Shown in pieces: positions 1 to 12,904 of a stretch of DNA of 64,000 bases. Under the pieces are notes generated by a model. The model was not told the DNA's origin. It saw nothing but the letters and a program-made list of their open reading frames with translations, and searched no databases. Source of the stretch: Octopus vulgaris (lineage: Eukaryota); assembly GCA_951406725.2 (NCBI GenBank), contig OX597832.1:21886001-21950000 (forward strand), given 5' to 3'. The stretch's first letter is position 1. Every line of letters begins with the position of its first letter. The position numbers and the translations under genes were made by a program.

Positions 1-14
1 TGTGGGACTTAAGG

Positions 15-490
15 TTCTCCTTGTTTTGACATACCATGACAGCTGTAAACAACTGTCACTGTCATACAAGCAGTGTCGTTCATTTCTGCAATGCTGAGGG
101 AACATATCTGGCCATGTGAAGCATTATATTACCTATTTCTTTACTACCCACAAGGGGCTAAACACAGAGAGGACAAACAAGGACAGACCTCAGTGCGTAA
201 CTGGTACTTAATTTATCGACCCCGAAAGGATGAAAGGCAAAGTGGACCTTGGTGGAATTTGAACTCAGAATGCAACGGCAGACGAAATACGGCTAAGCAA
301 TTCGCCCGGCGTGCTAACGATTCTGCCAGCTCGCCGCCTTGATTATATTACCATGTGTGTAAACAGGTAAGGGTCGGCGAGAGGAAGAGCATCCAGCCAT
401 AGAAAAAAATCTGCCTCAGTAAATTTCGCCAAACCCATGCAAGCACGGAACACTGGACAGTAAAACAACGACGACGATGATGACGACAAT
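15..490 (+). mobile_element. RTE-tail-related dispersed repeat (family C2), interrupted by a SINE-B insertion
   Basis: Matches 36830-37070 in reverse; carries AGGAAGxGCATCCAGC...AACCCATGC and a (GAT/GAC)n tail like the RTE 3' UTR at 8460-8672. Confidence 0.6.
134..341 (-). mobile_element. SINE family B (Meta-SINE-like) monomer with 11-bp TSD
   Basis: ATTATATTACC at 123-133 and 342-352; minus strand GGCGGCGAGCTGGCAG head, B-box-like GAGTTCAAATT, GCCTTTCATCCTTTCGGGGTCGAT core; many copies in window. Confidence 0.85.
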
Positions 491-884
491 GACGATGGTG
501 ATGTATACGTCTTCATATACAATGCCGAGCGGACACAAAGCCAAATTAAATACTGGCATGATTCAAAGTCTGACCGTATGGGCAGACGGTATGAGGGTGG
601 TGTGTGTGCGTGGTGGTGGCGGGGGTGGTGGCGATGGAATGTGACTTGACAAAGCAAGGCATTCAGTGCTGTGCCACCACAGCATAGCTGTGGCCACTTG
701 GCTGCTGTCTTTCTACAATGAAAAACCTCTTGCAACAAATTACAACAATAACCACTGCTACTACTACTACAACTACTACTACTGCTGCTGCTACTACTAC
801 TACTGCTATTTCTTCTTACCGAGTGCTGTGTGGAGATGTCGGGTGATCTTTCCAATCAATATCACATGCATTTCTTTTCTCTCT

Positions 885-899
885 CAATCACTTCGGCAT

Positions 900-930
<31 letters not shown>

Positions 931-1747
931 ATACTTCTCACACACCTTACTCCCCCCTCTCTCTCTGAATCTCTACTTTTCTCTCTATTTCTTCACCTCT
1001 CTCTGTCTTTCTACCTCTCCCTCCATTTCTCTACTTCTCTCTCTGTCTCTGTACCTCACTCTGTGTCTCTCTTCCTCTCTCTCTCTATCTTGCTACTTCT
1101 ATGTCTCTCTACCTCTCTCAGTCTCTCTGTCTTGCTCTCTCTCTCTCTCAGTCTCTCTACTTCTCTTTGTCTGCCTTGTTATCTCTCTCCCTTTCCCTTA
1201 CTTTCTTCCAAACTACCTCTCACCCTTTTATCTCTCTCTCTCTCTCATCTCAGACTATCCCTCTCTTATTCAACTTTCTTTGTTTCTCTGTTTGTATGTC
1301 TTTCTCTCTCTCTCTCCCTCTCATCTCACTTTTTCTTATTTTCTTCCCATTCCTGTTTCCTTCTCTCTAACTGTCAGTCATTTCACACTATTACCTTATA
1401 TTTATCCTTCTCTCTCTCTCTCACTCTCACTCCCTTATTTCAAACTATTCTGTCTCTCTCTCTCTCTCTCTCTCACACATTCATCTCAAACTAACCCTCC
1501 CTAATTTTCACTGATACTGTCAGTTTCTCTCTCTCTGTCTTTATCCTCTTCACTCTATATATTTATATCGTTCACCCACTAGCACATTATCTGTCTATCT
1601 ATCTGTCTGTCTATCTATCTATATATTTGTCTGTCTGTCTATGTATCTATCTATTTGTGTCTGTCTGTCTGTCTATCTACCTATCTGTGTCTGTCTATGC
1701 CTTTCTATCTATCTATCTGTATGTCTATCTATCTATCTCTTTATCTA

Positions 1748-1782
<35 letters not shown>

Positions 1783-2030
1783 CTCTATCTCTGTCTATCT
1801 ATCTCTGTCTATCTATCTCTGTCTATCTATCTCTCTATTTATCTCTGTCTGTCTATCTCTCTATCTCTGTCTATTTATCTATCTATCTATCTATCTATAT
1901 CTATCTCTTTATCTATCTATCTATCTGTCTATCTCTCTATCTCTGTCTATTTATCTATCTATCTATATCTATCTCTTTATCTATCTATCTGTCTGTGTGT
2001 ACCTATCTGTTTGTGTCTGTCTATCTGCCT
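885..2030. repeat. CT-rich then (TCTA/TCTG)n simple repeats
   Basis: Direct inspection. Confidence 0.95.
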
Positions 2031-2164
2031 ACATCCAGTAAATCAAACAGAACAGGGACACTTGTTGTTTGGAGACAAGATTATCCTAAGAAACATCTGT
2101 AAACAAACTAGACAAAAGCACTGCAGTGAGCACATCTGACACATGTCCTCACTGGCGACATAGT

Positions 2165-3635
2165 GCACACGCATGTGTGTGTGCATGTCTGTGTGTATGC
2201 GCATGCGTGAATGTGTACGTCTGTATCTGTGTGTGTGAGCGTGTGTCTGTGTACATGCATAGGTGTGTGTGTGTGTGTGTGCCTGAGTGCTTTTGCGTAT
2301 ATGTATGTGTGCTCTACAAGTATAATCGTGAGATGTCTGCACATGCACCACACAAGCGCATGTGTGTGAGCACCGATATTGCTGTGTGTGCAACATGTCT
2401 ATGCACATGCGTGCATTTTGTGCATGCACATATGTTGGCGTGTGTATATGCATGTATCTGTGCTTTGTGTATACGTATGTGTTATGCGTATGGCTGGATG
2501 GTGTGTGTGTATGTGTGCTGTTTGTGATGCATGTGTATGTGCATGACCTGCAGGTATGCGTGCAATGCAGTTGTATGCATGTGGTGTGTATGTGAGTGGG
2601 AGTGTGTGTGGGTGTATGTCAATGTATGCATCATGCATGTGAGTGCAAGACTGTATTGCATGTAAGTGCACATGGTTTCTGGTGTGTGTGTGTGTGTGTT
2701 GTGTGTGCATGTGGCATTTCTGCATGTGTGTATGTGTACATGTGTTTGCTTTGTGTTTTGTATGGGTGCGCATGTTCTGTGTGTGTGTGTGTGTGTTTTG
2801 TCTATTTGGTATGTGTGTGTGTCTGCTTTGTATGTGTGTGTGTGTGTTTTGTCTGTTCTGAATGTGTGTGTGTATGTTGTGTGTATGTCTGCATGTGTTT
2901 TGTATGTGTGTGCATATTGTGTGTGTGTGTCTGTTTTGTATGTGTCTGCATGTGTTTTGTCTGTTTTGCATGTATGTTTTTTCTGTGTATGTGTGTGCAT
3001 GTTTAGTATGTATGCGTGTGTGTGTGTGTGTGTGTGTGTGCATCGTGTGTGTGGGTTGTGTGTGTGTGTATGAGAGTGATAGTTCACTAATATATGTGTG
3101 CATGTTTGTGGTATGAGGAAGAGAGAGAGAGAGAGAGTGTGTGTATGTGTATGAATGAGAAATCTGTACGTTGCATGTAGTCTGTATACGTATCTAGAGA
3201 GTGTGTATGTGCAACGTGTCACTTGTTTGTGCATGCACATGCAGCACACGATTGAGTTTAAGTGTGTGCATGGGGTTTTCTGTATATGTCTGGGTTATGT
3301 GTTTTTGTGTGCGATACAAGCATGTATGTATATGTGTTACGTGTCTACGTGCATGCGTGTGTAACATTAACATGTGTGGTGTGGGCATGGTGCATGCAAA
3401 GCTGTGATCAATGCACGTAATATGCAAGCATGCATATGCATGTAAACTCACTGACACACACACACACACACACACACACAATAGGTGTATGTGTGCATCA
3501 ATGCAAACCTTTAATGTATGCATAAGCAGTAATCTAATGTATGTACACTAATACATAGATACTTATAGATGTAATCATACACACACGTACATACATACAT
3601 ATATATATATATATATACACACACACATGCATATA
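2165..3635. repeat. Cryptic (TG/CA)n low-complexity tract
   Basis: Direct inspection. Confidence 0.9.
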
Positions 3636-3637
3636 TA

Positions 3638-3996
3638 TTCTTTTATTTGTTTCAGTCATTTGACTGCGACCATGCTGGAGCACCACCTTTAGTCTAACAA
3701 ATCGACCCCAGGACTTATTCTTTGTAAGCCTAGTACTTATTCTATCGGTCTCTTTTGACGAACCGCTAAGTTATGGGGATGTAAACACACCAACATTGGT
3801 TGTCAAGCGATAGTGGGGGGAGACGAACACAGAAACACTAACATACACACAGACATACATACATACATTTACATATATATAATGCGATGGGCTTCTTTCA
3901 GTTTCCGTCTACCACAAGGCTTCGATTAGCCTGAAGCTATGGCAGAAAACACTTGCCTCAGGTGCTACACAGTGGGGCTGAAGCCACTCCTGCACC
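3638..3996 (-). mobile_element. SINE family A (tRNA-derived CORE-type), degenerate
   Basis: Reverse complement of the full copy at 37870-38281, with internal deletions. Confidence 0.85.
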
Positions 3997-4455
3997 TATA
4001 TATACATTATATATATATACACACACACATACATATGTACATACACACACACCACTTCACACCAACAAACAAATACACAAATAAAGACACATTTACATAA
4101 ATACATATATATATACATACATGCAAATATACACACATATACATATGTACACACATACATACATGTATACACACATACATACACATATTTATATACATTT
4201 AAATACACACACATATTTATATACACGCACATATATACACATATTTATATACATTTATATACACACACACATACACACATTTATATACATTTATATACAC
4301 ACACACATATATACATATTTATATACATTTATATACACACACATTTATATACATATTTATATACATTTATATACGCACACATTTATATACATATTTATAT
4401 ACATTTATATACACAAATTTATACACATTTATATACACACACATTTAGATACATA
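3997..4455. repeat. (CA/TA)n compound microsatellite with ACATTTATAT sub-units
   Basis: Direct inspection. Confidence 0.9.
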
Positions 4456-5189
4456 GCTAACCAGACGTGTACCTAAATATTGCAGGCTTCTCTATGCATG
4501 TGTGCATGCATGCAGAACTGCAAGGTGCACATATGCACACATGCACACATCCTTAGCTCTACATGCCTCATATACATACACAGTGCAAATGACTATTATA
4601 GACACACGCACAATCTACATGTATGTCTGTACCATTCATGTATGAAGAAAGCCTTGTGATGTGTCATTGTAAACAATTTTGTTGATGCAACTTGCACCGA
4701 CAACTCCAGGCATAAAAACAACAGCAATGAGGGGGAGCCTCCTAAAAGTCACTCAGCCTGCTAGAAATAGCAGTCAAATTGCCTCGAATCACACCCAGAC
4801 TAATTTAATCGTCTTTTTAATCCTTTTTTTTTTATATTCTTACCATATTTCTGTTGGAATATACCGACTTTGTTTTGATTAGTTTTAAAAGCTATGACAA
4901 ATTTCCGAAAACAACTGTTGTTATTAAACTGGCGTTTGCAAACATAAATTAGCGTGTTATTTTGGAGGAAGATTTTAATTCGGATTGCTTTAAAACCAGA
5001 GGTTTGTTTCACAGAGCTGGGGTTGGCATCAAAAGGGTTAAAAGAAAGGGCATATCAAAAAGGTTAAAGGAAAGGGCATGTTTGACAATACAGTTAGTTG
5101 CTCTTCAAACTTTACATTTTAAAACTATTAACCCTTTTCAATGCTCTTCCTCTGCAATAGTTCAGCAAAATTATATTCACATCTACATA

Positions 5190-5311
5190 CCTATCTGTGC
5201 AACTAGCTGTCTGTCTGTGTCAGCCTATCTATCTGTCTGTCTATCTACATACCTATCTATGTGTCTGTCTGTCTTTCAATCTATCTATCTATCTCTGTAT
5301 TTATTTTTCTC

Positions 5312-5343
<32 letters not shown>

Positions 5344-5570
5344 CTTATCTCTGTCTGTCTATTTATTTCTGTCTGTCCCTATCCCTCTCTCTCTGTATCT
5401 ATCTATGTATTATCTCTCTTTCACTCTCTATCTATCTATCTATCTGTCTGCCTGTCTATTTATTTCTCTCTCTCTAGTTATTTATCTATCTATCTATCTG
5501 TCTGTCTTTATTTGTCTCTCTCTCTCTCTCTATGTATTATCTCTCTTTCACTCTCTATCTATCTATTTAT
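5190..5570. repeat. (TCTA)n-type microsatellite
   Basis: Direct inspection. Confidence 0.9.
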
Positions 5571-5859
5571 CAATCCCATGGTCGTTCATGACTGAAAGGG
5601 GTTCTATACCCTTTACTCCATATATATATATTCTTTTATTTGCTTCAGTACCCGAAATTCAAAGGGCCAGCCTAGTCACATTCAGCACATCACATTGAAT
5701 TTCCCTGAGAACTATGTTAAGGGTATATGTGTCTGTGGAGTACTCAGCCACTTGCATGTTAATATTCCAAGCAGGCTTGTTCCGTTGATTGGACCAGCAG
5801 AAACTCTTGGCATTGTAACTGGTGGCATGTCACGTAAGAGTGCCACTGCAGTGCCGCAT

Positions 5860-6040
5860 AAGAGCATCCAACATACTCTGTGGAGTGGTTGGTGTTAGGA
5901 AGGGCATCCGGCCGTAGAAAACACGTCAAAGCAGACCGTGGAGGCTGGCGCAGTCCCTGCCAGGCTTACCAGCTCTGGTCACACCGTCCAACTCAGGCTG
6001 GCATAGGCAACAGACGTTAAGTGATGATGATGATGATGAT
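5860..6040 (+). mobile_element. RTE LINE 3' UTR fragment (family C)
   Basis: GAGTGGTTGGTGTTAGGAAGGGCATCC...GACGTTAA(GAT)n as in 8520-8672. Confidence 0.75.
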
Positions 6041-6059
6041 ACATGCATGCACACCTAGA

Positions 6060-6580
6060 ACAGATACAGACACACACACACACACAAAGAGACAGACAGA
6101 CAGACAGACACACACACATACACACAGAGACAGACAGACAGACACATACACATACACACAGACACACACACACACACACACACAGAGACAGACAGACATA
6201 CACACACACATACACACAAAGAGACAGACAGACATACACACACACACACATACACACAGAGACAGGCAGACACACATACACACAGACAGACAAACACAGA
6301 CACACACACACATACACACAGAGACAGGCAGACAGACACACACACATAAAGAGACAGACAGACAGACACAAGGAGATAGACAGACAGACAGACACACACA
6401 CATACATACAAACAAAGAGACAGACGGAAAGACACACACACACAAGAAGACAGACAGACAGACACACGCACATAGAAAGAGACACACATGGAAGGAGACA
6501 CACACACACACAAGAAGACAGAGAGACAGACACACACACAGATAGAAAGAGACAGCCAGACAGGCACACACACACACACA
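6060..6580. repeat. (CA)n/(GACA)n compound microsatellite
   Basis: Direct inspection. Confidence 0.95.
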
Positions 6581-6731
6581 TTGAAGTCATGACTCCGAAC
6601 AGCACAACAGTTGCAGTGGTTGTGTTTATTGATTGCAAATCTGGAAAAGCCCACAAATGTCGATGATGTCAGCAAAAATAATAACACTTTGGTTCATAAT
6701 TCTACATGCAGAAAATTTGTATGATTGTCTT

Positions 6732-7176
6732 AGGCACAGGTGTGGCTGTGTGGTAAGAAGTCTGCTTCCTTACCTCAGGGTTCCAGGTTCAGTCACACTG
6801 CATGACACCTTGGGCAAGTGTCTTCTACTATAGTTTCAGGCCAACTAAAGCCTTGTGAGTAGGTTTGGTAGATGGAAACTGAATGAAGCCCCTTGTGTTT
6901 GTGTGTGTGTGTGTATGAATATATGTGCATGTATATATGTAAGTGCAAGTGTGTGTGTCTTTGTGTCCGTGTTTGTTCCCCCCACCACCCACCACACGAC
7001 AACCAGTGTTGGTGTGTTTACGTCTCCCATCACTTAGCAATTCAGCAAACGAGACCGATAGAATACATGCCAAGCTTTAACAAGAAAATAAGTACCGGGC
7101 TTGATACGTCTGACAAAAATTCTGCAAGGTGGTGCCCCAGCATGGTCACAGTCTAATGACTGAAGCAAGTAAAAGA
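6732..7176 (+). mobile_element. SINE family A, full length
   Basis: A-box TGGCTGTGTGG, B-box GGTTCAGTC, CORE-like ACCTTGGGCAAGT, internal (TG)n, 3' CAGCATGG...GTAAAAGA. Confidence 0.9.
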
Positions 7177-7292
7177 TGAAGAGCATAGACTCGAAACGTA
7201 AAAGACTTTTACATTTTTCCTGAGTGTCAAACTAATACACTTGCTTGTTCCCTCATCTGTCTTCATCTTTTGTTTTTCTGTAAATTTCAACT
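7175..7292 (+). mobile_element. Penelope-like terminal repeat remnant with truncated hammerhead core
   Basis: GATGAAGAGCATAGACTCGAAACGT, related to 21380-21540 (-) and 47093-47218 (+). Confidence 0.5.
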
Positions 7293-8030
7293 ATATATAT
7301 ATATATGTGTGTGTATATATATATATAAAATCAGAACAGACCTGGGGCTTAAGAAAAACAAAACAGTAATCGCTGCAGCAGCACAAACCGTTACACCAAC
7401 CCTAAGATGACTACCACCACCACTGCTGCATAGGGAAAAGACAGGATGGTCATGGTTGGAATACTCTAGATTATAAATCTGCTTGGTCAGGTACAACCTA
7501 GGGCTAAACCCCACCACCACCAGTACCATCATCAGCAGCACCACCACCACCACAATCACAAACAGCAGTACCCCACCTAGCACCATCACAACCACCATCA
7601 TTAGTGTGATGATGACTACCATCATCAGCTGCAGTACTAGTGCCACCAGTACCACTACTACTACTACTACTACTACTACCACTAGCAACAGCAGTAACTA
7701 ATAAACATCAATTGTTTGTGAAAGTGCTTCAAATACATATTATTTGGAAAAGAAGAGTCAACAGAATTAATTCTACATGTTGTAATTACTCAAAGAAAAC
7801 AGAGCCACTGTGACCATACATTTCTTTAAAGTACAGCTTGCTCTGGCTGGAACAATGAAGAGATAATGCGGTCACCATCATCATCATCACCACTATCGTC
7901 ACTTTCGTTACTGTTGCTATCATCACCATTGCCATAATCATCACCATCACCACTACCATCATCATCATCATTGCCACCATCATCATCGTCATTTTGCTGA
8001 GAGATTTTCCTATGGAAGGCATGATATTAG

Positions 8031-8672
8031 AGTAACAAATGGCTTCTCCCTCAGAGTAAAAGGCAGATTGAATATAATACCTATGTATGAACAGCTATGC
8101 TACATGGCAGTGAAACATGGGCTGTGACCACAGAGGACATGCAAAAACTTGAAAGAAATGAAGCTACCATGCTTTGCTGGATGTGCTATGTCAGTGTGCA
8201 TAAGAGGCATCATATGTGGTGTGCAAGGGAGACGACTGTGCTGGTATGGTCATGTGATGCGTATGGATGAGGACAGCTGTGTAAAGAAGTACTGTTCTCT
8301 AACTGTGAAGTGAACCTGTGGAAGTGGAGGACCTAGGAAGACATGAGATGAGGTGGTTAAGCATGATGTTTGAATTTTGGGCCTCATGGAGGCAATGACG
8401 ATTGACCAAGATCTTTGGCGATATGCTGTGCTCAGAAGACTTGTCAAGCCAAGTGAAATCATGGCCATGGCCTATGCTGGTGACACATACTGGCACCTGT
8501 GCTGGTGGCATGTAACAAGCACCCATTACACTCTTGGAGTGGGTGTCATTAGAAAGGGCATCCACCTGTAGAAACCATGCCACATCAGAATGGAACTTGG
8601 TGCAGCTCTCTGGCTTATCAGTTCCAATCAAACTGTCTAACTCATGCCAGCATGGAAAGCAGACGTTAAATG
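8031..8672 (+). mobile_element. 5'-truncated RTE-clade LINE relic (RT C-terminus plus 3' UTR)
   Basis: Translates with stops/frameshifts to GFSLRVKGRL...AMLHGSETWAVTTEDMQKLERNEATMLCWMC...RRLCWYGHVMRMDEDSCVKK...GPRKT*DEVV...DQDLWRYAV, typical of RTE C-termini. Confidence 0.85.
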
Positions 8673-8685
8673 TAGATTTGCAAAG

Positions 8686-8974
8686 TACTCGGTGACCCTG
8701 TCAATGCAGGTGCCACTTAAAGGCACCCAGTCCACACTGTAAAGTGGTTGGTGTTCAGAAGGGCATCCAGCTGTAAAAATCTTGCCTAAACTGACCTCAC
8801 CTGTGCTTGTGCCACAAAAAAAACACTGAGTGGTTGGTGTCAGGAAGGGCATCCAGCTGTAAAAATCCTGCCAAAACAGTCACAGAAGTCTGGTGCAGGC
8901 TTCTGCCTGGCTGGCTCTTGTGAAACCGTCCCACCTATGCTAGCATGGAAGGCAAAGGTTGAATAATGAAGATG

Positions 8975-8975
<1 letters not shown>
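8686..8975 (+). mobile_element. Second RTE 3' UTR fragment with internal duplication
   Basis: GTGGTTGGTG..GAAGGGCATCCAGCTGTAAAAATC occurs twice. Confidence 0.7.
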
Positions 8976-9011
<36 letters not shown>

Positions 9012-9014
9012 TAC

Positions 9015-9155
9015 GACGAGCTTCCTTCAGTTTCCGTCTACCAAATTCACTCACAAGGCTTTGGTCGGCCCGAGGCTATAGTAGAAGACACTTGCCCAAG
9101 GTGCCACGCAGTGGGAATGAACCCAGAACCATGTGGCTGGTAAGCAAGTTACTTT
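9015..9155 (-). mobile_element. SINE family A 5' half
   Basis: Homology to 37870-38030. Confidence 0.85.
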
Positions 9156-9268
9156 ACACACACAAACTAATATGACACATAAAAGAAGATCAGAGAATAG
9201 ACTAATCAGAATTGAAACAGGAACCAGGACTACAAAGCAGCATGTTCGTATACACAAGTCAAATAATG

Positions 9269-9299
<31 letters not shown>

Positions 9300-9774
9300 T
9301 AATAATAATAAAAATAATAAGAATGATGATGATGATAATAATACACTTATACAGATGTAAAATGAAATATATCTATAAATAACATGTCAAAAATATAGAT
9401 TGTGTGTGTACACATATATGAACATATCTGTACATCTACATGAAAATATGTGCGCATAAGTGTGTATGTGTGTGTGTACGTATATATATATATGTATGTC
9501 TGTGTGTGTAAAGGGCTGCTGCATATATGTGTGCGTGTGTTTGTCTGTGTCTGTATAGTTATATGTATGTGCAGTGATTGATAGATAGTAATAGACAACT
9601 TGTCTCATGATTTGAGCACCACAACAGAAGCCAGTCAGCAGTCCGAGAAACTGGACAAAGCAATCTAATTACTGACAGTGTGGTAAGGAGATGATGGCAT
9701 TGAAATGGTCAACAAGTGAGAGAGAGAAAGAGAGAGAGTGTGTTTTATATATATATGTATGTATGTATATGTAT

Positions 9775-10270
9775 GTAGATAGACAGGCAGGCATATGGTT
9801 AGCGAGCTAGATAAATAGATAACAAAAGGCTATTAGATAGATAGGTAGATTGACTTATGGACAGATAGACCTATTCACAGATAGATAGATAGATAGGCCT
9901 ATTGACAGATAGACCTATTGATAGACAGATAGACCGATATATAGATAGATAGAGAGAGAGAGATAGGCAGAGAGGCAGACAGATAGATAGATAGACAGAT
10001 GGATAGATAGGCCTATTGATAAACAGATAGACCAATGGATAGACAGAAAGACAGATAGATAGATAAATAGATAGAAAGGCTATTAGATAGATAGGTATAC
10101 AGATAGGGAGATTGACTTATGGACAGATGGATAGATAGATAGACCTATTGATAGATAAACTGATAGACCTATTGATAAACAGAAAGACAGTAAGATAGAT
10201 AGATAGATAGATAGACCTATTGATAGGTAGACAGAATTATTGATAGATAAATAGCTATATAAATTGATAA
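9775..10270. repeat. (GATA)n microsatellite with AGACCTATTGAT sub-units
   Basis: Direct inspection. Confidence 0.85.
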
Positions 10271-10619
10271 ACAAGAGTCACAGGTGGTGGTAGAAATACC
10301 TAAAGAAACAGATAGAAAGATTGTTAAAGATAAAAAGGAGACGAGGTGGTGGTGGTGGGGGGGCGCTATGTTGAAGGATATTTGTAGCAAACAGGATCTG
10401 CAATCCTATGAAGTAAGGATAATGGGGAAGTAGCAAAAAACAGAAGGGGAGGGACGTGCGTGTGGGGGTGGTAGTGAGAGAGGAGGGGTGGCAGAAAGGA
10501 AAGATCAAAGTAACTGTGAGGAGAGAAAAAAAAATGGATGAGAAAGAGGAGGATGGAGGTAAAAGACAGGAACAGAAGAAAGTGATGTATAGATGAGATG
10601 GATACAAAAGAAAGGCTAT

Positions 10620-10900
10620 GAAGGAGAGAGAGAGTGAGGGTGGGAGGGAAAGAGAGATACAGAGAGAGAGAGGGTGGGAGGGAAAGAGAGATACAGAGAG
10701 AGAGAGATAGAGGGTGGGAGGGAAAAATAGATAGTGAGAGTGGGAGGGAGAGAGAGATACAGAGAGAGTGAGGGTGGGAGGGAAAAAGAGATACAGAGAG
10801 AGAGGGTGGGAGGGAGAGAGAGAGGGTGGGAGGGAAAGGGAGATACAGAGAGATAGAGAGAGTGAGGGTGGGAGGGAAAGAGAGATACAGAGAGAGAGAG
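10620..10900 (+). repeat. Purine-rich ~32-36 bp minisatellite GAGGGTGGGAGGGAAAGAGAGATACAGAGA
   Basis: About 8 imperfect units. Confidence 0.85.
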
Positions 10901-11556
10901 AGCATTGGGAAAATTGCTTTGCCGGAATTTCTTCCAGCTCAGTGTTCTGAGTTCAAATCCTGCAGGGGTTGACTTTGCTTTCATCTTTCTGAGGTCGATG
11001 ATGTTATGCAGTAAGTTGAACTCCGAGGTCAGTGTAATCAAATAATCCCCCTCTTACTATAAAACAGCTGGCCTTGCGACAAAAACTGAAACCATTTTTA
11101 CTACCATTATTATTATTATTATTATTAATAATAGTATTATCAATGTTGCATTAACAAAGACTGGGTCCTTCAAGAAACAATTGACTTGTGCCAAATTCTT
11201 GACAATAAAGTCTGCTAATTCTTACCAGAACTTTCTTTTTGGCATTGGAGAACAAAAACCAGTCTTGATTCCATGCCAAAGAAGGAGGGAAATCCTGTAC
11301 GTGATCGCTCCTCATGCCAGGAACAACAGACCGCCATGTCTTAGATAACACAAAGTGCTACCATCATCATCATCATCATCAGCGTTTGATGTCCACTTTT
11401 TCCATGCTTGCTTGGGTCAAACCGAATTAAAGCAAATTTCCTACAGCTGGATGCACTTCCTGTCACCAACCCTCGCTTGTCTCCAAGCAAAGTAAATATT
11501 TCCCTGGTGCCTTGATGTACTCAAGAAGACTCACCTGCCATAGCAGAATTGGTACC

Positions 11557-12622
11557 AGTGCTGGTGCCACTTGAAAAGCATTTGTGCTGGTGCCGTGTTA
11601 ACAGCACTTGTGTTGGTGCCACCTAAAACGCATTTGTGCTGGTGCCATGTTAAGAGCACTTGTGTTGGTGCCACCTAAAACGCATTTGTGCTGGTGCCGT
11701 GTTAACAGCACTTGTGTTGGTGCCACCTAAAACGCATTTGTGCTGGTGCCGTGTTAACAGCACTTGTGTTGGTGCCACCTAAAACGCATTTGTGCTGGTG
11801 CCATGTTAACAGCACTTGTGTTGGTGCCACCTAAAACGCATTTGTGCTGGTGCCGTGTTAACAGCACTTGTGTTGGTGCCACCTAAAACGCATTTGTGCT
11901 GGTGCCATGTTAACAGCACTTGTGTTGGTGCCACCTAAAACGCATTTGTGCTGGTGCCGTGTTAACAGCACTTGTGTTGGTGCCACCTAAAACGCATTTG
12001 TGCTGGTGCCATGTTAACAGCACTTGTGTTGGTGCCACCTAAAACGCATTTGTGCTGGTGCCATGTTAACAGCACTTGTGTTGGTGCCACCTAAAACGCA
12101 TTTGTGCTGGTGCCATGTTAACAGCACTTGTGTTGGTGCCACCTAAAACGCATTTGTGCTGGTGCCATGTTAACAGCACTTGTGTTGGTGCCACCTAAAA
12201 CGCATTTGTGCTGGTGCCATGTTAACAGCACTTGTGTTGGTGCCACCTAAAACGCATTTGTGCTGGTGCCGTGTTAACAGCACTTGTGTTGGTGCCACCT
12301 AAAACGCATTTGTGCTGGTGCCATGTTAACAGCACTTGTGTTGGTGCCACCTAAAACGCATTTGTGCTGGTGCCATGTTAACAGCACTTGTGTTGGTGCC
12401 ACCTAAAACGCATTTGTGCTGGTGCCATGTTAACAGCACTTGTGTTGGTGCCACCTAAAACGCATTTGTGCTGGTGCCGTGTTAACAGCACTTGTGTTGG
12501 TGCCACCTAAAACGCATTTGTGCTGGTGCCGTGTTAACAGCACTTGTGTTGGTGCCACCTAAAACGCATTTGTGCTGGTGCCATGTTAAGAGCACTCATG
12601 CTGATTCCACCTAAAAATCACT
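11557..12622 (+). repeat. Homogeneous 52-bp tandem satellite (26+26 dimer), ~20 units
   Basis: Unit TGTGCTGGTGCC(A/G)TGTTAACAGCACT-TGTGTTGGTGCCACCTAAAACGCATT, starting at 11583, 11635 ... 12571. Confidence 0.97.
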
Positions 12623-12904
12623 CGCCCAATCAAGGAACTGAACCCATGATTTAGCAATTGTGAGTGCAACACCCTAACCACCAGGCCAAGTGTCTTCATA
12701 TCACTCAGCTATAGAAATGAGTTGCGATGATATCATTGGTGCCAAGCTGTATTGGCCCCTTTGCCTTTCCCTTGGATAACATTGGTGACGTTGAGCACAG
12801 GAAGGTGAGGTGGGTGCAATAGCATCAGGTAACTCTTTTTCCTTCCAAAAAAATGCTAGATTTGTGTCTCAGTTAAAAACCATTGCCATTATTAGTACAA
12901 AGGT

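Noticed and set aside
11226-11296. Minus-strand DFPPSLAWNQDWFLFSNAKKKVL followed by GTAAGA, loosely like NUDT3 EWFKIEDAIKVL
   Set aside because: No phase-1 acceptor at the required position, lacks the RKR motif, weak polypyrimidine tract; RNA-seq could overturn this
11557-12622. CRISPR-like appearance of the 52-bp array
   Set aside because: No unique spacers, no cas genes, eukaryotic context
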